64,000 bases of DNA from Citricoccus sp. GTDB lineage: Bacteria; Actinomycetota; Actinomycetes; Actinomycetales; Micrococcaceae. The translations under genes were made by a program, and so were the position numbers. Below, piece after piece: positions 28,971 to 37,122 of this stretch; within the stretch, counting starts at the first letter, position 1, and every line of letters starts with the position of its first letter. Below the pieces are notes generated by a model that saw nothing but the letters and a program-made list of their open reading frames with translations, searched no databases and was not told the origin of the DNA. The DNA is taken from NCBI RefSeq assembly GCF_032154715.1, contig NZ_JALDXU010000006.1, positions 2,399 to 66,398 of the forward strand, in the 5' to 3' direction.

Positions 28971-29844
28971 TGACGGCAACGATCTCCGCGGCGAGAAAGA
29001 GCAGCATGTAGGGGCCGCCGGCACCCGCGCTGCGGTCCTGGCCGATGCCCCCGCCATCAGCGAAGAGGGCCCCGATGCCCATGGCGAAGACGTTGTTCAT
29101 CACGTGGAAGGCGATGGGCGCTTCAAGGCCTCGGCTCAGCACGGCCATGACCGCGGTGCTCCCGCCCAGTCCGAGGTAGTGCACGATCATCCATGGATCC
29201 GTGCTGGTGTGGAGCGCGGCGAAGAGCACACTCGAGCCGGTGATGCCGAGGATGAGCGCGGGACCGGAGGCACGGATCCAGGAGGCATAGGAACCGGTGA
29301 GGACTCCGCGGAAGGCGACCTCCTCGGCAGCGGCCTGGAGAGGCGTGGTCAGCAGCACCACGGCCAGCAGAGCGATGGTGGTGCCGGAGACGGCGAACAG
29401 GGACAGGGGGGACGGGTTGACCCACTGGAGCACACCGTTGGTGATGAACAGGAGCACCGCGAACAGGCCGGCATACGTTCCCAGCCGGCCCCACTGGAAG
29501 GACCGCCCCACGCTCAGTGCGGAACGCCATGGCACGCGCCCCACCTTCGCGAACAGGAGAAGAACGAGGGGGGCGATGAGGATAATCGCGAGGTTCGTCG
29601 CGAGGTAGGTCAGCGGGGTGAGCGAGGTGTCGGCGGGATCTTTGCCGAACACGCCGACCTCCACGATGACGGCGGCGCTTCCCAGCAGCAGCTGGAAGAG
29701 ATAGGTCGCAGCGATCACGACGATCGTCAGCAGCAACGGGACCCGCCACCGCATCGACACATGGGCGCCGAAGGGCCGAGCGTCATCGACCGGGGCGGAG
29801 GCCGCCCCCGGTCCGGCAGTGGGGGTGTCAGGAGTCGCGGTCAT
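28924..29844 (-). CDS. CPBP family intramembrane glutamic endopeptidase (CAAX protease-like)
   Basis: The protein is multi-TM with the motifs AAAEEVAFRGVL and FAALHT...FHVMNN. The start MTATPDT at 29844 overlaps the upstream S9 peptidase gene by 17 nt. Confidence 0.75.
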   Translation of the reverse strand: MTATPDTPTAGPGAASAPVDDARPFGAHVSMRWRVPLLLTIVVIAATYLFQLLLGSAAVIVEVGVFGKDPADTSLTPLTYLATNLAIILIAPLVLLLFAKVGRVPWRSALSVGRSFQWGRLGTYAGLFAVLLFITNGVLQWVNPSPLSLFAVSGTTIALLAVVLLTTPLQAAAEEVAFRGVLTGSYASWIRASGPALILGITGSSVLFAALHTSTDPWMIVHYLGLGGSTAVMAVLSRGLEAPIAFHVMNNVFAMGIGALFADGGGIGQDRSAGAGGPYMLLFLAAEIVAVITVWQLEKRRRPRQR

Positions 29845-31774
29845 GGGTTTCCTTTCGTCCGAGGTGGTGGGCGAAGTGCTTCTCGATCGCGTGCTGGAGA
29901 CTGATCTGGTTCTCCGGGTTGCCGAAGCCATGCCCCTCGTCGTCGGCCAGAAGATAGTCGACGGCGACGCCGCGCTCGCGCAACGAGTCGACGATCGTGT
30001 CGGACTCCGCTCGGGGGACGCGGGCGTCGTTGGCACCGTGCGCGATCAGCAGCGGGGTGGTGATCCGGTCAACGTAGGTCAGAGGGGAGCGGGCGTGCAT
30101 CTGCGCCTCCTGCTCCGGAACATCAGGGTCTCCGGCGTAGGCGTACCAGTTGCTGGCGAGGTAGGGGCGGCTCACCGGGGGAAGGCTCCGGATGAAGCTC
30201 GTCAGATCCGCGATGCCGACGATGTCCACGGCCGCGGCGAAGCGGTCCGGGGTGAACGCGGCACCGACGAGAGCGGCGTATCCACCGAAGGAGGCCCCCA
30301 TGATCCCGATCCGCCCCGGGTCCGCGATGCCCTGGGCGATGCTCCAGTCCACCGCATCGAGCAGATCCTCGTGCATCGCCCCGGCGAACTCCCCGACCCC
30401 CGCGTGGGTGTGACGCCGCCCGTATCCGGAGGAGCCGCGGTAGTTCACCTGCAAGACCGCGTACCCACGGTTGGCCAGGAACTGGGCCTGCGGGCTGTAT
30501 CCCCATGCGTCGTGGACCCAGGGCCCGCCGTGCACGAGCAGCACGAGCGGCAGCCCGCAGGGCGGGAGGCCAAGCGGAAGGTCACCCGGGAGGTCAACCG
30601 GGAGCGTGAGGAACCCGTGCAGGGGCAGTCCGTCACGGGCGCTGAAGGCGACCGGCTCCATGGGCACGAGATCAGCGGGATCCAAATGCGGATAGGACCG
30701 GAACAGGCGGCGGCTGTGTCCGGTGGAGTGGTCGTAGAACCAGGCCACATCCGGGTCCCTGTCGTGCACGAAGGTGGCGACCCAGCGCTGACCGGTGGTG
30801 TCCGAGGACAACGAGCCCAGCACCCCGTCGGACAGCTGGGACAGCGCGCTGTACGTCTCGGCGAAGTCCGGATCGATCACCTCGATGTGCGGCCGTGGCC
30901 CGGTGAACCGTGCGGCGAGGATCCTCCCGGTGAGGCGGTCGGTGAACAGTGTGGGCGGCAGCACGCCTGGCGCCAGGACGCTCATGACGTCGAGGCTTCG
31001 TCCCTCCACCGCCGCCAGCACGCTCACCTCCCCGGTCGCGCGCTCAATGCGCACCAGCTGCAGGTCATTGCCTTCGAGATAGCTGCCGAGGATGAGACCG
31101 GTGCCGTCCGGCGTCGCCTGCTGTAGTTCCACCCCGATCGGATGGTCCGCGCCTTTCAACACCCGCAGGACGCGCTCCTCACCGGTGCCGGGATCGAGGG
31201 TCGAGAACTCGGTATCCCCTTCCGCGGTGACACGGGAGAGGAAGGCCGGCTCCCCGTCTCGATCCAGCAGCAGGTTCACTCCTGGTGCGGATTGCTCGTG
31301 GAGGAGGGTGACCTCGCCCGTGGACACGTCGATGAGGAACACATCCAGCGAGGCGGGGCGGGGATTCATCGTGGCGATCACCGCCCCGGCGCGGGAGCGC
31401 AGCAGCTCCGCGGAGAACACCCGCGATCCCGCCGGCAGAGGGGTGAGGTCGGCTGCCGGAGCCGCCGGATCCTCGAGGTCCACGCGGAAGAGATGCCACT
31501 CCTCATTGCCATCGGTGTCCTGGAGATACAGCAGCCAGCGGGGGTCATCGGCGAAGAAGTAGGTGGAGATGCCTCGCCGGGCGTCACGGGTGACACAGCG
31601 GGCGGCGTGGTGGTCTTCGTCGATCCCGCGCACCCAGACGTTGCGCCGGCCGTGAGCGGGCGCGAGGTACGCCAGCCGCGTCCCGTCTGGCGAGAGCGTG
31701 GGGTGTGCGAAGTCGGGATCGCCGAAGAGTTCCTCGACGTCGAGCCGTTGGCAGTTCTGCCGGGTGCTGGTCAT
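29828..31774 (-). CDS. S9 family peptidase (prolyl oligopeptidase/dipeptidyl aminopeptidase-like)
   Basis: There is a beta-propeller-like N-terminal half and an alpha/beta-hydrolase C-terminal half with the nucleophile elbow GASFGGY. The ATG at 31774 is preceded by GGAAGGAG. Confidence 0.85.
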   Translation of the reverse strand: MTSTRQNCQRLDVEELFGDPDFAHPTLSPDGTRLAYLAPAHGRRNVWVRGIDEDHHAARCVTRDARRGISTYFFADDPRWLLYLQDTDGNEEWHLFRVDLEDPAAPAADLTPLPAGSRVFSAELLRSRAGAVIATMNPRPASLDVFLIDVSTGEVTLLHEQSAPGVNLLLDRDGEPAFLSRVTAEGDTEFSTLDPGTGEERVLRVLKGADHPIGVELQQATPDGTGLILGSYLEGNDLQLVRIERATGEVSVLAAVEGRSLDVMSVLAPGVLPPTLFTDRLTGRILAARFTGPRPHIEVIDPDFAETYSALSQLSDGVLGSLSSDTTGQRWVATFVHDRDPDVAWFYDHSTGHSRRLFRSYPHLDPADLVPMEPVAFSARDGLPLHGFLTLPVDLPGDLPLGLPPCGLPLVLLVHGGPWVHDAWGYSPQAQFLANRGYAVLQVNYRGSSGYGRRHTHAGVGEFAGAMHEDLLDAVDWSIAQGIADPGRIGIMGASFGGYAALVGAAFTPDRFAAAVDIVGIADLTSFIRSLPPVSRPYLASNWYAYAGDPDVPEQEAQMHARSPLTYVDRITTPLLIAHGANDARVPRAESDTIVDSLRERGVAVDYLLADDEGHGFGNPENQISLQHAIEKHFAHHLGRKETHDRDS

Positions 31775-31820
31775 GCGGGCTGCTCCTTCCAAGGGGATGC
31801 TGACTCCCTCATCGGAAACC

Positions 31821-31835
31821 GTGCCCCAGGGGCAC
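31821..31835. promoter_or_regulatory. perfect 7-1-7 palindrome GTGCCCCAGGGGCAC in the S9-peptidase/merR divergent region
   Basis: Read directly. It could be the MerR operator or a simple hairpin. Confidence 0.3.
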
Positions 31836-31910
31836 AGTCAAGGCCGCCCTTCCGATTCCCTCCCCCATCGCCGAGGATGGACCTATGCCTGTCCTCGCTC
31901 GTGACCGCTG

Positions 31911-32648
31911 ATGGCTTGGAGCACGCGCCAACTCGCGGACCTCGCGGGCACCACGGTGAAGACCATCCGGTACTACCACGCGATCGGAATACTCGAAGAG
32001 CCCGCACGGGCGGTCAACGGCTACAAGCAGTACGGCACGGTCCACTTGGTCAGCCTGCTGCGGATCAAGCGACTCCGTGAGCTCGGGCTGTCAGCAGCCG
32101 AGATCCAGGCGACGGCCGATTCGGACGGGGATTTCTTCGATACAGTGCGTGAACTCGACGCCCGGCTCGCCGCCTCCATCGAACGACAGCAGAAGGTCCG
32201 TGACGACCTCGCCGAACTGCTCACCCACCGCACCGGACCGGATGTCCCCGTCGGCTTCGAGTCCGTCGCGCACAGCCTCACCGGGGCGGATCGGGCGGTG
32301 ATCTCGATCAGCGCGTTGCTCTTCGAGGAGCAGGGCATGCGGGACCTGCGGGACATCGCCGACTACCACCAGGACGCCGACGCCGCCTTCAACGAACTGC
32401 CGGCCGATGCTGACGCCGAAACCGTTCGATCCGTCGCCACACGCCTGGCGACGGTGCTGCGCACGATCCACGAGACATACCCCGGCACGCGGGACCTGCC
32501 CCGCCCCACCACCCTCCGCGAGACCGAAGCGACGCACGCCCTGATCCAGGCACTGACCGATCTCTACAACCCGGCACAGATCGACGTCCTCCAACAGTCG
32601 TACCGTCTCGCGCAGGAGGGTTCCACTTCCGAAGGAGCGGGCGGTTGA
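31911..32648 (+). CDS. MerR family transcriptional regulator
   Basis: The N-terminal HTH reads WSTRQLADLAGTTVKTIRYYHAIGILEEP...GYKQYG. Confidence 0.85.
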   Translation: MAWSTRQLADLAGTTVKTIRYYHAIGILEEPARAVNGYKQYGTVHLVSLLRIKRLRELGLSAAEIQATADSDGDFFDTVRELDARLAASIERQQKVRDDLAELLTHRTGPDVPVGFESVAHSLTGADRAVISISALLFEEQGMRDLRDIADYHQDADAAFNELPADADAETVRSVATRLATVLRTIHETYPGTRDLPRPTTLRETEATHALIQALTDLYNPAQIDVLQQSYRLAQEGSTSEGAGG

Positions 32649-32659
32649 CGGGGGTGGCG

Positions 32660-32833
32660 AGCGAGGACATCAGCGCCACCTGCGCCGAGCGCATCCCGCT
32701 GGGCCGAACTTCCGAGCCCGATGAGATCGCTGGCGAGGACGCCCGTTTCATCACCGGCGCCCTCCTGCCGGTGGACGGCGGCCAGACCTCCTGGAGCGCC
32801 CAGCCCAACATCTCGGTCGGCCTCTCGACCTGA
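32660..32833 (+). pseudogene. remnant of the C-terminus of an SDR-family oxidoreductase
   Basis: The fragment ...RIPLGRTSEPDEIAGEDARFITGALLPVDGGQT corresponds to the last 45 aa or so of SDRs. There is no Rossmann or catalytic part upstream. Confidence 0.45.
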
Positions 32834-32918
32834 TCCCGCTGACCGCTACGGTATCCGGCCGCGGCATTTCCCCACGATCATGAATTTTCACGGTGATCAT
32901 CACGGGGATATCGCACGA

Positions 32919-33611
32919 TCACCGGGAATGTGCGGGACGCGGGAGCGGGAGGGGGCAGGGGCCAACGCCCGCTAGCACCTCGCGCACCACCATCCCCGGA
33001 TCCGGTGCCTCCATCAGCGCCCGCACCAGCGCGACGCCGGCCACGCCAGTCCCAGCCAGCGCGGCGGCGTCCGCGGAGGTGACGTCCCCGATCGCGACGA
33101 TCGGCAGGGCCGTGGCCGCCACCAGTTCCGGATAGCCGTCCATGCCGAGGGGTTCCCGGCCGGACTCCTTCGTCGGGGTCCGCCGGAACGGCCCGGCGCC
33201 GATGTAGTCCAGCAGATCGCGTTGGGCCTCGGCGGCACGGACCAGATCCAGGGTCCCCGTCGTCAACCCGATAATCGCCTCCGGCCCCAGCAGTGCACGG
33301 GCATCGGCCACGGGCAGGTCGTCCTGTCCCAGGTGCACCCCGTGCACCGCAGCTCCCCGCGAGCGGGCCGCCCACGCGACGTCCGGCCGGTCATCCACCA
33401 GCACCCGGGTCGCCGGGCTGGCGGCGTGCACCGCCTCGGCCACGGCACAGGTCAACTCCAGCAGCTCTGCGGCGGAGGCCTCCTTGGCCCGCACCTGCAC
33501 GACGCCGGCCCCGGCGGCCGCAGCGGCCGCGGCCACCTCCATGGTGCGCCGGCCGGTCCCGGAGGTGACCAGGTAGCAGCGCAGGTCGAGAGCATCCTGG
33601 GGCGCCCTCAT
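32919..33611 (-). CDS. thiE: thiamine-phosphate synthase
   Basis: LRCYLVTSG...VVQVRAKE...VHLGQDD...IGAGPFRRTPTK...IVAIGDV matches ThiE. The ATG at 33611 has an AGGAGG RBS, and a TPP riboswitch lies upstream. Confidence 0.85.
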   Translation of the reverse strand: MRAPQDALDLRCYLVTSGTGRRTMEVAAAAAAAGAGVVQVRAKEASAAELLELTCAVAEAVHAASPATRVLVDDRPDVAWAARSRGAAVHGVHLGQDDLPVADARALLGPEAIIGLTTGTLDLVRAAEAQRDLLDYIGAGPFRRTPTKESGREPLGMDGYPELVAATALPIVAIGDVTSADAAALAGTGVAGVALVRALMEAPDPGMVVREVLAGVGPCPLPLPRPAHSR

Positions 33612-33669
33612 CGCTCCACCTCCTGTCCCGCGCCGTCGAGCGCATCCGGCACAGAAGGGGTGGGGCAAG

Positions 33670-33770
33670 AAGAAGTCACGCGGACATCCCTTCGCTAGGT
33701 CGAACTAGATCAGGTTCCACGGGTGTGATCTCAGCGCCGGACAGCGCACCCCGTGTCCAGGAGTCAGTGT
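33670..33770 (-). promoter_or_regulatory. TPP (THI-box) riboswitch upstream of thiE
   Basis: The minus-strand RNA reads GGACACGGGGUGCGCUGUCCGGCGCUGAGAUCACACCCGUGGAACCUGAUCUAGUUCGACCUAGCGAAGGGAUGUCC. It contains the canonical GGGGUGC, CUGAGA, ACCUGAUC and GCGAAGGGA blocks, closed by a P1 helix. Confidence 0.85.
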
Positions 33771-33928
33771 AGGGCAGGCATCACACACCACCTCTTGCAG
33801 GACCGGCCCCGGGTGGAGTCACTCCGCAGAGCTACCGGACGTGCCCACTCCGGGGTGACGATCCGCGAGTCCCTTCTCCGTAGCGTGCATTCCGCCCGGC
33901 AACAATGCCGGCGAAAAAGGAGCACCCC

Positions 33929-34837
33929 ATGCAACCCGCACCCTCACCCGCACCCCTGAGCAAGCCCCCAACATCATTGGTCCCGAAGACCCCGTTCTGG
34001 TCCCGCCCGTCAGTGCGCGCGAGCACCATGGTGGTCATTTTCGCTGCCCTGATGATCGTCACCAATTCCGCCGCCTCCGCGCTCGGCAGCCCGGCCGCCG
34101 CTCTGCTGATCGGTCCGGTTCTCGGTGTACTCGTGCTGTGGCTCTACTCCGTCGCCGTGCGCCGCATCGAGCAGCGTCCCGTCATCGAGCTCGCCCGGCC
34201 CACCGCTGCCAAGCGGCTGCTCCTCGGCACGCTCGGCGGGCTCACCCTGGCCTGCGTCTCCATCGGCTTCATCGCCGCGTTCGGCGGATACCAGATCATC
34301 GGGTGGGGAACACTCGCTGGAGCCCTCACCATCGTCGGCATGATGTTCGCCGTGGCCGTCGCCGAGGAGGTCCTCTTCCGCGGGGTGATCTTCCGCCTCG
34401 TCCAGCAGCGCTGGGGCACCTGGATGGCCCTCGCGGCGTCCGCGCTCCTGTTCGGCCTCGTCCACCTCGTCAACCCCGGTGCCACCCTCTGGGGAGCCCT
34501 CACGCTCGCCGTCGAGGCAGGCCTCATGCTCGGCGCCGCCTATGTGGCCACCGGTTCGTTGTGGCTTCCCATCGGCCTCCACCTTGGATGGAACATCACC
34601 ACCGTCGCGATCTTCGGCACCATCGGCTCCGGGGGCGACGCGCGCGAGGCCCTCGTGGAGGCCGTGACGCCCGGCCCTGTCTGGCTCACCGGTGGCAGCT
34701 TCGGACCCGAAGCCAGCCTCATCTCCGTGGCCGTATGCTCCATCGCCACCGTGCTCCTGCTGATCTCCGCTCACCGCAACGGCCCGATCACCCACCCTCA
34801 AAAACACGTCAGCACTTCGCGGACCACGGCCCGCTGA
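33929..34837 (+). CDS. CPBP family intramembrane glutamic endopeptidase
   Basis: The protein is multi-TM with VAEEVLFRGVIF and LLFGLVHLVN motifs. The ATG at 33929 is preceded by AAAGGAG. Confidence 0.75.
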   Translation: MQPAPSPAPLSKPPTSLVPKTPFWSRPSVRASTMVVIFAALMIVTNSAASALGSPAAALLIGPVLGVLVLWLYSVAVRRIEQRPVIELARPTAAKRLLLGTLGGLTLACVSIGFIAAFGGYQIIGWGTLAGALTIVGMMFAVAVAEEVLFRGVIFRLVQQRWGTWMALAASALLFGLVHLVNPGATLWGALTLAVEAGLMLGAAYVATGSLWLPIGLHLGWNITTVAIFGTIGSGGDAREALVEAVTPGPVWLTGGSFGPEASLISVAVCSIATVLLLISAHRNGPITHPQKHVSTSRTTAR

Positions 34838-35647
34838 TCATCGGCCTCCCTCGGCGCCCACGGCATCGAGCGCATCCAGCAGGTGCATCCGGAAACTCCC
34901 CGGCCCGGCGGCCCGCTCGGCGGCGAGCTCCCCGGCCAGGTTCATCCACACGGTAGCGGCCAGCGCGGCCTCGAAGCCGTCCTCGGCCACCACCGAACAG
35001 GCCGCGGTCAGGGCGCCGAGCAGGCACCCCGTGCCGGTGACCCGGGTGAGCTGGGAGGTGCCGCGCGCCACCAGGATGCTGCGGCCGGCGTCGAGCACCA
35101 GGTCTGTTGCCCCGGAGACGGCGACCGCTCCCCCGGTCCTCCGCACCACCTCACGGGCCGCCTCCTCTGCGGCCGCCGGCGCCGAGAGCGAATCGGCACC
35201 GCGCCCACCCGGACCGGCACCCACCAGGGCCAGAACCTCGGAGGCGTTGCCGCGCACCACCACGGGCCGCGAGTCCAGCAGCCGGCGGGCCAGGGGCGTG
35301 CGAACGGGGGCGAGGCCGATGGCGGTGGGGTCGAGCACCCAGGGGCGGCCGTCCCGCACGGCGGCGGCCACGGTGGCGGGGATGCCGTCCATGGCGTCCG
35401 TGCTGAGGGTGCCGAGGTTGACCGCGAGCGCGTCGGCCACGGTGGTCACCACGGGCGCCTCGGCTTCCGTCTCCGTCATCATGGGGCGGGCGCCGGCGGC
35501 CAGCAGCCCGTCCGCCACGATCCCCATGGACACCGTGGCGGTGATGCAGTGCACCAGCGGCGCGCGCTCCCGCACGGCGGAGATCACATGAGCGACGGCG
35601 GCCAGGTCCGGATCGGGGTCCGCGCGCCCGGGTGCCGGGCCGGTCAC
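34838..35647 (-). CDS. thiM: hydroxyethylthiazole kinase
   Basis: VRERAPLVHCITATVSMGIVADGLLAAGARPMM and the later GTGC motif resemble ThiM. The GTG start overlaps the upstream MFS stop. Confidence 0.8.
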   Translation of the reverse strand: MTGPAPGRADPDPDLAAVAHVISAVRERAPLVHCITATVSMGIVADGLLAAGARPMMTETEAEAPVVTTVADALAVNLGTLSTDAMDGIPATVAAAVRDGRPWVLDPTAIGLAPVRTPLARRLLDSRPVVVRGNASEVLALVGAGPGGRGADSLSAPAAAEEAAREVVRRTGGAVAVSGATDLVLDAGRSILVARGTSQLTRVTGTGCLLGALTAACSVVAEDGFEAALAATVWMNLAGELAAERAAGPGSFRMHLLDALDAVGAEGGR

Positions 35648-37122
35648 CGGACCACCCCCGCGGCCACGGCGTCCAGGTCATCCACCAGATCCTTGGGGGC
35701 GAGCCGGGGTCCGAGCGCGGCGCCGAGGGCGAGCAGCAGTCCCCCGAGGCCGACGAGCATCATGACCGAGCCGTGGCGGCCCAGCACCGGTTCGATCAGC
35801 GGCAGGTAGAACGGGTAGAGCGCCGGCACCACCAGGGACAGGCTGTAGCCCATGCCGTAGCCGGTGGAGCGGACCTCGGTGGGGAAGCGCTCGGAGAGGT
35901 AGGCGGAGACCGGCCCGTAGGCCGATACCGTGATGACCTGCAGCACCGCGGCGAACACGGCGGCGAGCACGAGCGTGGAAGCGGTGAGCGCGAGCCACCA
36001 CACCACCGGTCCGGCCAGGGCGGCCACCAGGCCCCAGAGCACGAACAACCGACGCCGGCCGGTGAACGTGGAGAGGTGACCGGCCACGGCCATCACCACG
36101 GCCTGGGCCACCGAGGCCAGCCCGATGACCACCGGCACGGCCGCCGGGTCCAGCGCGGAGTCCGTGGTCAGGCGTTCGGTCAGCAACAGCACCGTGCTGT
36201 AGGTCAGCAGCCAGAGCCCGGTCATGAGCAGGAAGACCTGCCAGAAGGCCTTGGCCCACCTGCCGGTGAGCAAGGATCCCAAGCCCGACGCCGGCCGCTC
36301 GCCTGCCCGTGCGCCCTGCGGTTCGTCCAGTTGCGCGCCGCGCCGTGCTGCTGCGCCGGTTCCCGGGTGCGGTTCAGGAGCATCAGCCTCGGCCACCTCC
36401 TGCGCCCGCTCCCGGGCCCGGCGGTGGAACACCGGGGCGTCGGCCACCTGGCGGCGGTAGTACACAAACATGCCGAGGGAGAGGGCCGCGCCGATGACGA
36501 ACAGCAGCCGCCAGCCCCACAGGGCATACTGCTCCGGGCCGATCAGGGCGAGCAGCCCGGCCACGGAGAACGCGATGGTGGCCTGCGCCCAGGGGGCCAT
36601 GGACAGAATCAGCCCGCTCATGAGGCCCCGCTTGCGACCGGTGGACCACTCCATGGCCAGCGGGATGGCCGCGGAGTACTCGCCGGCCACGAAGATCCCG
36701 CCGAGGAACCGCAGCGCCAGGATCAGCGCCACCGTGCCGGCACCGAGCAGCTCGTGGGTGGGCATGGCGGCGATGGCCAGGGCGCAGGCGGCGGTGCCGG
36801 CGATCGCGATGCGGGTGGTGCGGGTCCGCCCGAGCCGGTCGGAGATCCGCCCGAACACGATCCCGCCGACCGGCCGGCCGAAGAGCATCGCCACGATGAT
36901 CAGTGCCCCCGTGGAGGCGGTGGCGGCCGGCCCTGCGAGCACGAGCATGGCCGGGGCCAGTGCGGTCACCGGCAAGAAGACATGGATGTTGTCGATCCAG
37001 TTGCCCACCACGCCGGCGCGTAGGGCGGCTTTCCCCTCCGGTGGCATGGCCGCGACGCCGGCCTGGTCTGGGGACTGTCCGTAGGTGAGGCCGTTTTGGA
37101 GCCCGCGGGCGGGGGCGGTCAT
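35644..37122 (-). CDS. MFS transporter embedded in the thi operon
   Basis: The protein has about 12 TM segments. The start MTAPARG at 37122 overlaps the thiD/tenA stop (ATGA). The remainder of the 655-aa track ORF is a spurious extension. Confidence 0.8.
   Translation of the reverse strand: MTAPARGLQNGLTYGQSPDQAGVAAMPPEGKAALRAGVVGNWIDNIHVFLPVTALAPAMLVLAGPAATASTGALIIVAMLFGRPVGGIVFGRISDRLGRTRTTRIAIAGTAACALAIAAMPTHELLGAGTVALILALRFLGGIFVAGEYSAAIPLAMEWSTGRKRGLMSGLILSMAPWAQATIAFSVAGLLALIGPEQYALWGWRLLFVIGAALSLGMFVYYRRQVADAPVFHRRARERAQEVAEADAPEPHPGTGAAARRGAQLDEPQGARAGERPASGLGSLLTGRWAKAFWQVFLLMTGLWLLTYSTVLLLTERLTTDSALDPAAVPVVIGLASVAQAVVMAVAGHLSTFTGRRRLFVLWGLVAALAGPVVWWLALTASTLVLAAVFAAVLQVITVSAYGPVSAYLSERFPTEVRSTGYGMGYSLSLVVPALYPFYLPLIEPVLGRHGSVMMLVGLGGLLLALGAALGPRLAPKDLVDDLDAVAAGVVR

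Noticed and set aside
33673-33687. A micro-ORF AUG-UCC-GCG-UGA (Met-Ser-Ala-stop) present in both TPP leaders (also 38888-38902).
   Set aside because: The AUG lies in the conserved GGGAUGUCC P1 3' strand of the aptamer, so its conservation is explained by RNA structure. There is no SD in front.
35632-37023. A 463-aa plus-strand ORF opposite the MFS transporter.
   Set aside because: The product is His/Gly/Arg/Pro-rich with no TM segments or motifs. The minus strand encodes a 12-TM MFS protein coupled to the thi genes.
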